Positions 1 to 11,454 of a DNA stretch of 64,000 bases are shown here, in pieces. The DNA is from Pseudomonadales bacterium (GTDB lineage Bacteria; Pseudomonadota; Gammaproteobacteria; Pseudomonadales; IMCC2047): positions 1,735-65,734 of the forward strand of contig JBALXL010000002.1 in assembly GCA_036960805.1 (NCBI GenBank). The letters are read 5' to 3'. The translations under genes were made by a program, and so were the position numbers. Below the pieces are notes generated by a model. The model did no database searches. It was not told where the DNA came from and was given only the letters and a program-made list of their open reading frames with translations. The stretch's first letter is position 1. Each line of letters opens with the position of its first letter.

Positions 1-326
<326 letters not shown>

Positions 327-341
327 CTAATAACTTAAATT

Positions 342-371
342 TTAAATACTTAAATACTTAAATACTTAAAT
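342..371. repeat. 8-bp tandem repeat (TTAAATAC x3 plus partial) overlapping the ilvH stop codon
   Basis: ttaaatac at 342, 350, 358, then ttaaat at 366. Confidence 0.85.
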
Positions 372-849
372 GACGCTCGCCACGAGCAATGCCGGAAACA
401 CCGCTACGCACAACCTCCATGACTAACAGCGGATCTACCGCTTCAAGGAATGCGTCCAGCTTGCTGCCCGTACCCACTAACTGAATAGTAAAAATACTTG
501 GCGTCACATCAATCACCTGGCCACGGAAAATATCCGTCACCCGCTTAATCTCATCGCGCTGCGTACCGACCACCTTAACTTTAACCAACAACAGCTCACG
601 CTCGATGTGAGCTGCATCAGCCAAATCCATCACCTTAACCACATCAATCAAACGATTCAGGTGTTTGGTAATTTGCTCAATCACACGATCCGTACCAAAG
701 GTAGTAATGGTGATGCGCGACAGGGTTACATCTTCTGTCGGCGCAACATTCAAACTCATGATGTTGTAGTTACGCTGAGCAAATAAACCGACAATACGTG
801 ACAAAGCACCCGGCTCATTCTCAACCAATACTGCAATAATATGCCTCAT
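358..849 (-). CDS. ilvH: Acetolactate synthase small regulatory subunit (IlvH/IlvN)
   Basis: MRHIIAVLVENEPGALSRIVGLF ACT domain; sits between the large subunit and ilvC. Confidence 0.96.
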   Translation of the reverse strand: MRHIIAVLVENEPGALSRIVGLFAQRNYNIMSLNVAPTEDVTLSRITITTFGTDRVIEQITKHLNRLIDVVKVMDLADAAHIERELLLVKVKVVGTQRDEIKRVTDIFRGQVIDVTPSIFTIQLVGTGSKLDAFLEAVDPLLVMEVVRSGVSGIARGERHLSI

Positions 850-2582
850 TAGGTGCGCTCCGTCTTACTGACCCACATATCACGCATCGCACCAGGTGCA
901 ATTTGCATAGGGTATACGTGCTCATTTGGATCGACTTCGATATCCATAAACACCAAACGGTCTTTCTGAGCAAAACACTCACGCATTTTTTCTTCTAGCT
1001 CTTCGCGCTTGGTCACTTTAATACCGACGTGACCATAAGCCTCAACCAGCTTCACAAAATCCGGCAGCGAATCTTCGTACAGAATTTCCGAATAACGACC
1101 ATCGTAATGCATGTCCTGCCACTGCTTTACCATGCCCAACGCTGAATTGTTAAGGCAGATAATTTTGACCGGCAGATTATATTGCATACAGGTCGACAGC
1201 TCCTGAATACACATTTGGATACTGCCTTCGCCCGTCACACAAACCACATTAGCATCACGATGCGCAAACTGTGCGCCCATTGCTGCCGGGAAACCGTAGC
1301 CCATGGTGCCAAGACCACCGGAGTTTAACCAGCGGCGTGGCTTGTCGAACAAATAGTATTGCGCTGCAAACATCTGGTGCTGACCCACATCGGACGCCAC
1401 ATAGGCATCACCCTCAGTCACCTTATATAACATCGACACCACTTCCTGTGGCATCAACTTATCGCCGTCAGTCTTGTAGCGTGGCGCAACTTGTAAACCG
1501 TATCGCTGACGCCATTCATTCAACTGGCGCCACCAATCAGCCAAAGCCTCTTGATCTGGTTCGATTTTTGACGCTTTAACTTGCATCAACATCTCAGTCA
1601 GCACATCTTTTATATCACCAACAACCGGCACATGTGCTTCAACAATTTTAGAAATCGTCGCGGGATCAATATCGATATGAACAATCGTTGCGTTAGGGCA
1701 AAACTTGCTCACTGTGTTAGTCACACGATCATCAAAACGCACACCCACGGCAAAAATCATGTCGCTGTGGTGCATCGCTGTATTGGCTTCGAACGTGCCA
1801 TGCATACCTAGCATACCCAGGTTCTGCTTATTCGTTGCAGGGTGCGAACCCAAACCCATCAAGGTATTTGTTACCGGATAACCGAGCAGCTCAGCCATTT
1901 CGCCCAGCTCATCACAAGCGCCACTCAAAATCACACCACCGCCCGCATAGATTATTGGGCGTTTAGCCTGCAGCAACAACTCGACGGCTTTTTTGATTTG
2001 CTTGGCATTACCTTTGACCGACGGATTGTAGGAACGCAGGTTCACCTTATCCGGATACGAATAAGGGAAACGCTCAGTCGGCGCCGTGGTGTTTTTCGGA
2101 ATATCAATAACTACCGGGCCTGGACGGCCAGTGGTCGCGATATGAAATGCTTTTTTGATAATGCCGGGGATCTCATCAGCACACTTAACAATAAAGCTGT
2201 GTTTTACAATTGGCCGAGAAATCCCAATCATATCCGTTTCCTGAAAGGCATCTTCACCGATACGCTCAGCGGGCACCTGACCAGATAACACAATCATAGG
2301 GATAGAATCGGTGTAAGCAGTGGCGATACCGGTAATTGCGTTAGTCGCGCCAGGCCCTGACGTTACCAATACCACGCCAACCTTACCGCTAGAACGGGTA
2401 TAACCATCAGCCGCATGGGTTGCAGCTTGCTCATGACGTACCAGAATATGCTGGATCTTGTCTTGTCTAAATATCGCGTCGTAAATATGTAACGCAGATC
2501 CACCAGGATAACCAAAGATGATATCAACATCTTCTTCCTGGAGCGCGCGCATTAACATATCACCACCGGACAGTAATTCCAC
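849..2582 (-). CDS. ilvI: Acetolactate synthase large subunit (IlvI/IlvB)
   Basis: FGYPGG, VRHEQ, TSGPGATN, SGGLGTMG, GEGS TPP motifs; start taken as GTG at 2582 (MELLSGG) after a GAGG RBS. Confidence 0.96.
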   Translation of the reverse strand: MELLSGGDMLMRALQEEDVDIIFGYPGGSALHIYDAIFRQDKIQHILVRHEQAATHAADGYTRSSGKVGVVLVTSGPGATNAITGIATAYTDSIPMIVLSGQVPAERIGEDAFQETDMIGISRPIVKHSFIVKCADEIPGIIKKAFHIATTGRPGPVVIDIPKNTTAPTERFPYSYPDKVNLRSYNPSVKGNAKQIKKAVELLLQAKRPIIYAGGGVILSGACDELGEMAELLGYPVTNTLMGLGSHPATNKQNLGMLGMHGTFEANTAMHHSDMIFAVGVRFDDRVTNTVSKFCPNATIVHIDIDPATISKIVEAHVPVVGDIKDVLTEMLMQVKASKIEPDQEALADWWRQLNEWRQRYGLQVAPRYKTDGDKLMPQEVVSMLYKVTEGDAYVASDVGQHQMFAAQYYLFDKPRRWLNSGGLGTMGYGFPAAMGAQFAHRDANVVCVTGEGSIQMCIQELSTCMQYNLPVKIICLNNSALGMVKQWQDMHYDGRYSEILYEDSLPDFVKLVEAYGHVGIKVTKREELEEKMRECFAQKDRLVFMDIEVDPNEHVYPMQIAPGAMRDMWVSKTERT

Positions 2583-2605
2583 TTGCCTCACCTTTACATA
2601 ACAAA

Positions 2606-2632
2606 TTCGCCCACTCAGTTTGAACGGGCGAA
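2606..2632 (-). promoter_or_regulatory. Stem-loop in the ilvI 5' leader
   Basis: mRNA strand TTCGCCC-GT-TCA-AAC-TGA-GT-GGGCGAA forms a continuous 12-bp stem with two G.U pairs, about 24 nt before the start codon. Confidence 0.55.
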
Positions 2633-2847
2633 ATTAAAAATTTAAGAACTGAACTCGAACGAAAAACCGCCCAATACAGAGAACTCGCGATTTTGACACT
2701 TTGCACCCATTTGTTCAACCTCAACAACGTCTACAGTCGCGAAATTTACATGCTCTGTTTCTTAGAAAAACAACAATATCCGACTATACTCAATAAAATG
2801 TATTATCTTATGCTTTTGTTACCTGCTTACTTGTTACGGACAAACAG

Positions 2848-3324
2848 ATGAAAACAGATCAACTCGTTAAACTTTCTTGTTCATTACTGAGCGTTCCTCT
2901 ATTACTTATTGCGCTTGCCAGCTCCGCCCACGCCAGTGAAGTCTTTAAATGGGTCGACGAAGAAGGTGTCACGCACTACGGCGAACGCGCCCCCAAGGAC
3001 AATGACTATTCGCTGATCAAAACCTATGGCGAAGTGCCCGGCGGCGAAGAGGCCAAGCAGCGCCTTGAACAGCAGCGCGCAGACAAAAAATCTGGCGATG
3101 CAAAAAGCGTAGATTATGCCGAGCAGAAAAAAGCATCCGATGATCAAGCCAAAGTACGCGCAGAAAACTGTAAAGGCGCACAGAATAACTTAAAAACCAT
3201 TCAGGAAAACGCCCGCGTCAGAACTCTTGGAGACGATGGTGAATTCCGCTATTTGAGTGAAGAAGAGCGCCAAAACCAAATCACCACAGCCAAGGAAATG
3301 ATTACCGCAAACTGCGATAGCTAA
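2848..3324 (+). CDS. DUF4124-domain exported protein
   Basis: Signal peptide followed by VFKWVDEEGVTHYGERAP; Cys pair; divergent from ilvI as in pseudomonads. Confidence 0.85.
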   Translation: MKTDQLVKLSCSLLSVPLLLIALASSAHASEVFKWVDEEGVTHYGERAPKDNDYSLIKTYGEVPGGEEAKQRLEQQRADKKSGDAKSVDYAEQKKASDDQAKVRAENCKGAQNNLKTIQENARVRTLGDDGEFRYLSEEERQNQITTAKEMITANCDS

Positions 3325-3345
3325 CACCTTACAATTCAATACCCA

Positions 3346-3381
3346 TAATAGAAACGGCGCCATCAGGCGCCGTTTCTATTA
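3346..3381. terminator. Bidirectional intrinsic terminator between the DUF4124 gene and clpB
   Basis: Perfect 16-bp inverted repeat TAATAGAAACGGCGCC-atca-GGCGCCGTTTCTATTA between convergent genes. Confidence 0.85.
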
Positions 3382-3392
3382 ACCGCCTAGAA

Positions 3393-5963
3393 TTATTCAA
3401 AAACCAACGTTTCGTCATCCATGTCGACTCGAATAATATGTTCAGGCGCAAAACGCCCTGCCAAAATATCCTGCGCCAGCGGATTTTCAATTTTTTGCTG
3501 TATTGCCCGTTTCAACGGCCGTGCCCCATAAACAGGATCAAAACCCGCATCCACTAAATTATCCATCGCCGCATCGCTAATCTCCAACATCAACTGACGC
3601 TCCTGCAAGCGGCCACGAAGTTGTTGCAACTGAATATCGGCAATACCTCGGATTTGATCTTTCAGCAAGGGATGGAAAACCACGGTTTCATCTATGCGGT
3701 TAATAAACTCAGGGCGAAAATGCTGAGCCACTACATCTAATACCGCATCTCGCATTTGCTCATAGTGACTATCACCCGCCAAGGTTTGAATAATGTCTGA
3801 GCCGAGATTAGAGGTCATCACTATCACCGTATTACGGAAATCCACTGTGCGTCCCTGACCATCGGTCAAGCGGCCATCATCCAGCACCTGCAGCAATATA
3901 TTAAACACATCAGGATGCGCCTTCTCTACTTCATCCAGCAATAACACGGAATAAGGTTTGCGACGTACCGCCTCAGTTAAATAACCCCCCTCTTCGTAAC
4001 CGACATAACCGGGAGGCGCACCAATTAAACGAGCCACGGAGTGCTTCTCCATAAACTCAGACATATCGATACGCACCATCGCTTCATCCGAATCAAACAA
4101 AAACTCAGCCAAGGCTTTACACAGTTCGGTTTTGCCAACTCCGGTTGGCCCAAGAAACAAAAACGACCCATTTGGCCGATTTGGATCAGACAAGCCTGCG
4201 CGCGAACGACGTACAGCATTGGATACAGCCTCTACTGCTTCCGCCTGCCCAATCACACGCTGATGCAGACTATCTTCCATACGCAATAATTTATCGCGCT
4301 CTCCCTCCAGCATTTTAGAAACCGGAATCCCAGTCCAGCGCGACACCACCTCCGCCACCTCTTCATCCGTCACTTTGTTACGTAACAGTGTCATTGGCAC
4401 TTCTTTGTCGTCAGCTGCCGCGGCAATCTGTTTTTCCAACTCGGGAATGACACCGTATTGTAACTCCGACATCCTAGCCAAGTCCCCGGCACGGTGCGCC
4501 GCCTCCAGATCAATGCGCGCACTTTCCAGATCGCTCTTATATTGCTGAGTACCATGCAAACTGGCTTTCTCTGCTTTTAGCACTTCATCCAGATCAGCGT
4601 ATTCACGCGCTAGCGTGTCAATTTCTTCATCCAGCACCTGCAAACGCTTTTGTGTAGCGGGGTCTTTATCCTTTTTCAAGGCTTCACGCTCAATTTTTAG
4701 TTGAATTAAACGTCGATCCAACCGATCCATACTCTCCGGCTTAGAATCAATTTCCATGCGAATACGACTGCCCGCTTCGTCGATCAAATCAATGGCTTTA
4801 TCCGGCAGCTGACGATCACTGATATAACGGTGCGACAGTTTAGCCGCCGCAATAATAGCCGAATCGGTGATTTCCACACCATGGTGCACCTCGTAACGCT
4901 CTTTGAGGCCACGTAAAATCGCCACCGTATCCTCTTCAGAAGGCTCATCCACCTGCACCTTCTGAAAACGTCGCTCCAGTGCCGCATCCTTTTCTACATA
5001 CTGGCGATACTCATCCAGTGTCGTCGCGCCAACACAGTGTAATTCGCCACGCGCCAACGCAGGCTTGAGCATATTTCCGGCATCCATTGCGCCTTCACCT
5101 TTGCCAGCGCCAACCATGGTATGCAGCTCATCAATAAAGAGAATCACTCGGCCTTCCTGCTTACCTAACTCGTTAAGCACCGCTTTTAACCGTTCTTCAA
5201 ATTCCCCCCTGAATTTTGCTCCGGCAATCAAACTACCCATATCCAGCGACAACACGCGCTTATTCTGTAAGCCTTCGGGCACTTCACCGTTGATAATTCG
5301 TTGCGCCAAGCCTTCAACAATGGCGGTTTTACCCACCCCTGGCTCACCAATCAGCACCGGGTTATTTTTAGTACGACGCTGCAGCACCTGAATAGTACGG
5401 CGAATCTCTTCATCACGCCCAATCACTGGATCCAGCTTGCCAGCTTCCGCCATTTCGGTCAGATCAACCGTATATTTATCCAGCGCCTGCCGGTTCTCTT
5501 CAGCGTTTTTATCCGTCACCTGCTCACCACCTCGCACCTTTTCAACGGCTTTTTCTACTTCAGCCTTGGACGCACCTGCTTTTTCTAACAGACGTACAGC
5601 TGAACCCTTTACCTCAAATAACGCCAACAGCACTAATTCGCTGGAGATGTATTGATCATTACGCTGCTGCGCCAACTTATCAGTAACGTTAAGCACACGG
5701 CCCAGCTCATTAGACACAGTAACATCGCCCTGATGGCCCTTAACCTGAGGCATTGCATCCAGCGCCCATTCCAATTCAGAACGAAGGCTTCGATTATCAC
5801 AGCCAGCCTGGCGTAATAATGGCGCAACGGCCCCGCCCTGTTGATCAAGCATAGCCAACAACAAATGTATGGGTTCAATGAAATTGTGGTCACGGCCGAC
5901 CGCCAATGACTGCGCATCAGATAGGGCTGTTTGTAATTGAGTGGTGAATTTATCGATTCGCAT
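3393..5963 (-). CDS. clpB: ATP-dependent disaggregase ClpB
   Basis: Two AAA+ modules ([16 protein letters not shown]), coiled-coil M domain, GYVG pore loop, 856 aa. Confidence 0.98.
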   Translation of the reverse strand: MRIDKFTTQLQTALSDAQSLAVGRDHNFIEPIHLLLAMLDQQGGAVAPLLRQAGCDNRSLRSELEWALDAMPQVKGHQGDVTVSNELGRVLNVTDKLAQQRNDQYISSELVLLALFEVKGSAVRLLEKAGASKAEVEKAVEKVRGGEQVTDKNAEENRQALDKYTVDLTEMAEAGKLDPVIGRDEEIRRTIQVLQRRTKNNPVLIGEPGVGKTAIVEGLAQRIINGEVPEGLQNKRVLSLDMGSLIAGAKFRGEFEERLKAVLNELGKQEGRVILFIDELHTMVGAGKGEGAMDAGNMLKPALARGELHCVGATTLDEYRQYVEKDAALERRFQKVQVDEPSEEDTVAILRGLKERYEVHHGVEITDSAIIAAAKLSHRYISDRQLPDKAIDLIDEAGSRIRMEIDSKPESMDRLDRRLIQLKIEREALKKDKDPATQKRLQVLDEEIDTLAREYADLDEVLKAEKASLHGTQQYKSDLESARIDLEAAHRAGDLARMSELQYGVIPELEKQIAAAADDKEVPMTLLRNKVTDEEVAEVVSRWTGIPVSKMLEGERDKLLRMEDSLHQRVIGQAEAVEAVSNAVRRSRAGLSDPNRPNGSFLFLGPTGVGKTELCKALAEFLFDSDEAMVRIDMSEFMEKHSVARLIGAPPGYVGYEEGGYLTEAVRRKPYSVLLLDEVEKAHPDVFNILLQVLDDGRLTDGQGRTVDFRNTVIVMTSNLGSDIIQTLAGDSHYEQMRDAVLDVVAQHFRPEFINRIDETVVFHPLLKDQIRGIADIQLQQLRGRLQERQLMLEISDAAMDNLVDAGFDPVYGARPLKRAIQQKIENPLAQDILAGRFAPEHIIRVDMDDETLVFE

Positions 5964-6035
5964 CGAATGCTCCTGTTATTGCAGTTTTAATGACTTCATC
6001 ACAAGCCGGGCTGCGTTTTCAAAGTGTTACTAACA

Positions 6036-6064
6036 GTAATGAGGGCAGTCAGAGCGGAATCAAG
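6036..6064 (-). promoter_or_regulatory. Putative sigma32 (RpoH) promoter for clpB
   Basis: Minus strand CTTGAT-N14-CCTCATTA resembles CTTGAA-N13..15-CCCCATNT, upstream of a heat-shock gene. Confidence 0.4.
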
Positions 6065-6103
6065 GAAGCACTATTGATCTGCGTCAACGAACGGAATAAA
6101 ACC

Positions 6104-6862
6104 TCAGGAAGAAATCCAGATAAGACTCGCCATCCGACCAGTAACCCCGTCACGGCGGTAGGAAAAGAAGCGTTCAGAATCACTATAGGTGCAAAAATCA
6201 CCACCATAAATTGCCTCAACACCCCTTAGCTGTAGGCGTATTCTGGCTAATTGGTAGATATCGGCAAACCAGTGCCCTGGCTTATCGGGGTTTTCAATGA
6301 AGGCCTCTGCGCAGCGGTCAGAAAAAGTAACGAACACATCTCGCACCTCTGAGCCCACTTCAAATCTATGCGGGCCAATGGCAGGCCCAAACCATGCCAA
6401 TACATCGCTAGGCATCGCTCGCAATTTATCAAGCGTTGCTTCGAGCACGCCATCAGCCAAACCCCGCCACCCTGCGTGAGCGGCGGCAACTTGATCACCC
6501 TGCCGTGTGCAAAAAAACACCGGCAAACAATCGGCGGTCATCACTGCACAGGGCAAGCCCTGCTGATCAGTAAAGCAGGCGTCAGCTTCAGGAATAGGAC
6601 CACCACACTTCGCAGCAACCACTCCAATACCATGCACCTGTTGCAGCCATTGCGGCTCATAACGGGTAGCCAAAGAGTGTTGAAGCTGTTGACGGTTTTG
6701 CTGCACATGCGCCAGGTTATCCTGCACATGCAATCCGAGATTAAAACTATTAAAAGGCGCCTGACTAACACCCCCGCGCCGAGTCGTTACCAGCGCCTGC
6801 ACACAATCCGGCGCAGGCCAGTCAGGGCTAATCATCTGTAAATCGTTTGGGGAGTTGACCAA
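6104..6862 (-). CDS. pgeF: Peptidoglycan editing factor / purine nucleoside phosphorylase PgeF (YfiH)
   Basis: TTRRGG, QVHG, TADCLP, HAGWRG, FFSYRR motifs; rluD-yfiH-clpB order. Confidence 0.95.
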   Translation of the reverse strand: MVNSPNDLQMISPDWPAPDCVQALVTTRRGGVSQAPFNSFNLGLHVQDNLAHVQQNRQQLQHSLATRYEPQWLQQVHGIGVVAAKCGGPIPEADACFTDQQGLPCAVMTADCLPVFFCTRQGDQVAAAHAGWRGLADGVLEATLDKLRAMPSDVLAWFGPAIGPHRFEVGSEVRDVFVTFSDRCAEAFIENPDKPGHWFADIYQLARIRLQLRGVEAIYGGDFCTYSDSERFFSYRRDGVTGRMASLIWISS

Positions 6863-6883
6863 GCTATCGCTCCCTAATGCGTT

Positions 6884-7849
6884 TCATTCGAAATCAGCAA
6901 AAAGCGTGGTATCGTCTCTCAACAAAGCTAATAATCGCTGCATATCTTCCGGCAGCTCGACCTCCCACTCCATATCTTCATGGGTTGTTGGGTGTACCAA
7001 CTGAAGACGGCGCGCATGCAACGCTTGACGCTTAAACGACTGCAAAAACGTGATCATTTCTTCACTTGCTGCACGAGGTAAACGTGGCCGCCCTGCGTAC
7101 AGTGGGTCACCAACTAACGCATAATTGATATGCGACATGTGCACACGGATTTGGTGAGTACGCCCAGTTTCTAGCTTCAAACGCACATGAGTATGCGCAC
7201 GAAAACGCTCAACCACCTGATAGTTAGTTGCGGCTTCCTTACCGGTTGGCACTACTCCCATTCTCTTACGATGTATCGGGTGCCGACCAATAGGCTCGTC
7301 AACACGGCCGCCACCTGTCATCACACCCTGTGCGACAGCCTCGTACTCACGACCCATTTCACGCGCCTGTAACTGCTCAACCAATTTAATGTGCGCAATC
7401 AGCGTTTTCGCAACAACCATCAAGCCTGTGGTATCTTTATCCAGACGGTGAACGATACCAGCACGAGGCACCGTATCCAGCTCAGGCGCATGGAATAACA
7501 AGGCATTTAACAGTGTGCCATCAGCATGCCCTGCCGCTGGATGCACAACTAAACCCGCAGGCTTATTGATCACCAGTATCTGGTCATCTTCATAAATAAT
7601 ATCAAGCGCAATATCCTGAGCTACCCAACGATCGGTACCCTCAAGCGTGACCTTTACTTCCAGCCATTCACCGCCCATGACCTTAACCTTGGCTTTATGT
7701 AACTCACCATTCATAGTGAGTTCGCCCGATTTGATCCAGCTTTGCAATCTGGCACGCGAATATTCCGAGAACAGTTGCGCGGCAACCTGATCAAAACGCT
7801 CGCCCGCCAGCGAGTCAGGAATTTGCTCTTTTAAATGAATCTCTTGCAT
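6884..7849 (-). CDS. rluD: 23S rRNA pseudouridine synthase RluD
   Basis: S4 domain, NKPAGLVVHP, VHRLDKDTTG, GRTHQIRVH. Confidence 0.97.
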   Translation of the reverse strand: MQEIHLKEQIPDSLAGERFDQVAAQLFSEYSRARLQSWIKSGELTMNGELHKAKVKVMGGEWLEVKVTLEGTDRWVAQDIALDIIYEDDQILVINKPAGLVVHPAAGHADGTLLNALLFHAPELDTVPRAGIVHRLDKDTTGLMVVAKTLIAHIKLVEQLQAREMGREYEAVAQGVMTGGGRVDEPIGRHPIHRKRMGVVPTGKEAATNYQVVERFRAHTHVRLKLETGRTHQIRVHMSHINYALVGDPLYAGRPRLPRAASEEMITFLQSFKRQALHARRLQLVHPTTHEDMEWEVELPEDMQRLLALLRDDTTLFADFE

Positions 7850-7978
7850 ATATGAACTTCAGCCTTGGGTGCTTTGTTTAACTGACAACCTATGATTTAA
7901 TACGGCAGCGATTATGCTGGCTACAGCCACCAAATCAAACCAATCTTGCAATAACTTTTCGGAAACCTCTCCCTCACC

Positions 7979-8839
7979 ATGATCACGCATTCAATCAAAA
8001 CACTGGTAAGCCTTATCTGTCTAGCGCTGCTATTAACCGCTTGCTCTTCGAATGAAAAAAAGGAGTTTTCTGAAAACTCAGAAACTGCCTTTTACGAAAA
8101 TGCCGTTAAGGCGTCAAAGTCGGGCAACTATAGCACAGCCGTTGAGCTACTGGAGGAACTGGAATCACGCTATCCATTTGGCCGTTATTCTGAACAAGCC
8201 CAACTAGAAATGATTTTTGCACAATACAAATCGGCAGATTACGAGGCTGCGCGCGCCGCCAGCAGTCGCTTTATTCGCCTACACCCTCAGCATGCCAAAC
8301 TTGATTATGTCTATTACTTAAAAGGCCTTGCTGCTTACCAACAAGACAAAAGCTTTATCGATCGCTTTCTGAACATTGAACGCAGCCAGCGCGACATGGG
8401 CGCCGCACGTGAAAGCCTTGTCGACTTCGGCATTTTACTAAACCGCTATCCGGACAGCCAGTATGTCGATGAAGCGCGCGCGCGCATGATTCATCTGCGT
8501 AACATGCTAGCCGACCATGAAATCCATGTTGGCCGTTACTATCTCAAGCGTAACGCCTACATCGCCGCCGCCAATCGTGGTCGTTATGTGGTCGAAAACT
8601 ACCCAACAGCGCCTTCAGTACCCGACGGTCTTGCCATTATGGTACAAGCCTATCAGCAACTTGGATTAACCGAACTTGCCGAAGAATCTCAGCAGATTTT
8701 AAGTAGCAATGCCCCTAATTATAAAGGCCTCGGCGAGCAAGCCAATTTCAGTATCAAAAAAGGCGAAATCAAAACAAAGCGCTCTTGGCTAAACCGTCTC
8801 AGTTTTGGCATGTTCGGCGACGATGGTAAAGTAAATTAG
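7979..8839 (+). CDS. bamD: Outer membrane protein assembly lipoprotein BamD (ComL)
   Basis: Lipobox LTAC, YPFGRYSEQAQL, TPR repeats, AAANR; divergent from rluD. Confidence 0.95.
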   Translation: MITHSIKTLVSLICLALLLTACSSNEKKEFSENSETAFYENAVKASKSGNYSTAVELLEELESRYPFGRYSEQAQLEMIFAQYKSADYEAARAASSRFIRLHPQHAKLDYVYYLKGLAAYQQDKSFIDRFLNIERSQRDMGAARESLVDFGILLNRYPDSQYVDEARARMIHLRNMLADHEIHVGRYYLKRNAYIAAANRGRYVVENYPTAPSVPDGLAIMVQAYQQLGLTELAEESQQILSSNAPNYKGLGEQANFSIKKGEIKTKRSWLNRLSFGMFGDDGKVN

Positions 8840-8870
8840 AATCTAAGCTTCACTACGTCGTCGGACAAAC

Positions 8871-9716
8871 ATGATGAATGCTCAGGATATTATTGACGCG
8901 ATGCAGGTATTGCCTGCCATCGACTCTGACAATGAAATCAAGCGACGTGTTGATTTCATCAAGCACCAGCTGAGTGCGTCGGGCTTAAAACACCTCGTAC
9001 TCGGCATTAGCGGCGGTGTTGATTCCACCACCGGTGGTCGTCTCGCACAAATAGCTGTGACCGAACTCAATCAACAACATAATTGCTCGGACTACCAGTT
9101 TATTGCTGTGCGCTTACCCTATGGCGCCCAAGTTGACGAGCATGATGCGCAAGTCGCGCTAGACTTCATCCAGCCATCCATCAAACTTGCCATCAATGCA
9201 AAACCGGGCGCTGACGCCATTCATGAAGAAACCCTCTGCGCGCTAAAAAATGAAGGGCTTCTAACCGCGTCAGGTAGCGCCATCGACTTTGTTAAAGGCA
9301 ACGTCAAAGCTCGCACGCGCATGGTTATTCAATATGAAGTCGCAGGCCTTGTTAATGGCCTTGTACTAGGCACCGACCATTCGGCGGAAAATATCACCGG
9401 CTTTTATACCAAATGGGGCGACGGTGCCTGCGATCTGGCTCCGCTGTTTGGCCTGAGTAAGCGCCAGGTCAGACAACTGGCTAAAAAACTCGGCGCTCCG
9501 TCATCTCTGGTTGATAAAACACCGACCGCTGACCTTGAGTGCCTAGAACCATTAAAATCTGACGAACACGCGTTAGGATTAAGTTACGACAACATTGACG
9601 ATTTTCTGGAAGGTAAATCAGTCAGTGATGCTGTGTGTACACGCATTATTGATATCTATAAAAAAACTCAGCATAAACGCCAAGCTATCCCGACGCTTTA
9701 TAGCGACACGCAATAA
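8871..9716 (+). CDS. nadE: NH3-dependent NAD+ synthetase
   Basis: [40 protein letters not shown]; no glutaminase domain. Confidence 0.96.
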   Translation: MMNAQDIIDAMQVLPAIDSDNEIKRRVDFIKHQLSASGLKHLVLGISGGVDSTTGGRLAQIAVTELNQQHNCSDYQFIAVRLPYGAQVDEHDAQVALDFIQPSIKLAINAKPGADAIHEETLCALKNEGLLTASGSAIDFVKGNVKARTRMVIQYEVAGLVNGLVLGTDHSAENITGFYTKWGDGACDLAPLFGLSKRQVRQLAKKLGAPSSLVDKTPTADLECLEPLKSDEHALGLSYDNIDDFLEGKSVSDAVCTRIIDIYKKTQHKRQAIPTLYSDTQ

Positions 9717-9818
9717 ACGTCATTAGCGCTATAAAAGAACCTCTTATTGGGCTCCGCAAAACACAACACTGTCTATACTTAAGCCTACTAACAATCGCCA
9801 CAGAGGCCACTTCGGCGC

Positions 9819-11444
9819 ATGAGCCAGCCGCAACTTTCCAATAAATATAACTATGACAGCCGCCGACTCCAAGATTTGGGGCTGCTACGCATCTTTAATT
9901 ATTACCGCCTATTGCTATCAATCGTGCTGGTTTCCGGCTATTTCAACGAAGCCAGTAAAGTCTTCCTAGGCTTGGAAAAACCATCGTTATACCTATCCAC
10001 CGCCCTACTTTATAGCGCGTTCAACTTTATACTCCTGTTTGCCTTACGCCGAGCGAAACAACTACAACCTCAACAAATAATTGCTAATATCTGTATCGAT
10101 ATCATTACCCTTGGTTTACTGACCTACGCCAGTGGTGGTGTTGCCGACGGCTTAGGCAATCTGGTGGTTGTGGCGGTCGCTGCGGGCAGTATTCTATTAT
10201 CCGGCCGCTATAGCTTACTGTTTGCGTCGCTTGGCAGCATCACCCTGACCAGTGTTGAAATTTATCGAGCCACAGTACTACCTGACGTAAGCCATCACTA
10301 TTTGCAGGCTGGCCTGCTCGGCATTCTGCTATTTGCCACGGCATTATTCATCCGTCACATTTCAAATCGTATCAAAACCAGCGAAAATCTTGCCCAACAA
10401 CGCGCAAGTGACGTCGCCCATTTAGAAAAAATGAACCTGCTTATTATTCAGCGTATGCGTACTGGCATTGTAGTATGTGACCCACAGGCCCACGTAATAA
10501 TGATGAATGAAGCGGCGCGTGAATTGTTGGTTAAAGAAAATATAGACTCTAACAACCCCTATGTTCGATTATTGCCTTGCCCCCTAAAAGAGCGCCTCGA
10601 ACAATGGTTACAAAACCCTCAGCTGCGAACTAGTCCCTTTCAAATCGCCCCTGAAGCCGCCGAAGTACAAGCCAATTTTGCAGCCTTGCGCCAGCAGGAC
10701 ACCTCCAATATTCTGATTTTCCTTGAGGACAACAGTAAAGCCGCACAACACGCCCAGCAGTTAAAACTAGCATCGCTGGGGCAGTTAACAGCCAGTATTG
10801 CCCATGAAATACGCAATCCTTTGGGAGCCATTAGTCACGCCGCCCAACTATTGGCAGAATCCGAAACACTCGACCCTGCCGACCACCGGCTCAGCAATAT
10901 TATCCAACAACACTCCGTACGTATGAATAACACTATCGAGAATGTGCTAGAACTTTCCCGACGCAAGCCAGCCATGCCAAAAACATTAGCGTTATCAGCC
11001 TGGCTCGATAACTTTATCAGCAGCTATAATGAAACAGAAACAGCCACGGGAAATTTTAAACTCGACATTAATCCCTGTTCGCTTGAAGTAAGTTTTGACC
11101 CTAGCCAACTGCAACAAGTAATCAGTAACCTTTGCCAAAATGGACTGCGCTACAGCCAACAAAAAACCGGCTCACCGACCCTTTACCTACGGGCTGCTAC
11201 ACTAGCTGTTAATAAACAGCCGTATCTCGATATTATCGACGAAGGTCCCGGTATTGACACCGAAACAGCTGCCCGCCTATTTGAACCCTTTTATACCACT
11301 GAACGCACTGGCACCGGGCTGGGCCTCTACATTTCTCGCGAACTGTGTCAGGCTAATAATGCCCGCCTTGACCACATTGCCTCTTATCAGAATGGCTGCT
11401 GTTTCCGTATAATTTTCCCTCACCCCAAACAACTGGCTGATTAG
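9819..11444 (+). CDS. pilS: Two-component sensor histidine kinase PilS
   Basis: About 6 N-terminal TM helices, AHEIRNPL H-box, EPFYTT/GTGLGL; paired with PilR. Confidence 0.9.
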   Translation: MSQPQLSNKYNYDSRRLQDLGLLRIFNYYRLLLSIVLVSGYFNEASKVFLGLEKPSLYLSTALLYSAFNFILLFALRRAKQLQPQQIIANICIDIITLGLLTYASGGVADGLGNLVVVAVAAGSILLSGRYSLLFASLGSITLTSVEIYRATVLPDVSHHYLQAGLLGILLFATALFIRHISNRIKTSENLAQQRASDVAHLEKMNLLIIQRMRTGIVVCDPQAHVIMMNEAARELLVKENIDSNNPYVRLLPCPLKERLEQWLQNPQLRTSPFQIAPEAAEVQANFAALRQQDTSNILIFLEDNSKAAQHAQQLKLASLGQLTASIAHEIRNPLGAISHAAQLLAESETLDPADHRLSNIIQQHSVRMNNTIENVLELSRRKPAMPKTLALSAWLDNFISSYNETETATGNFKLDINPCSLEVSFDPSQLQQVISNLCQNGLRYSQQKTGSPTLYLRAATLAVNKQPYLDIIDEGPGIDTETAARLFEPFYTTERTGTGLGLYISRELCQANNARLDHIASYQNGCCFRIIFPHPKQLAD

Positions 11445-11454
11445 GCCCTGAACT

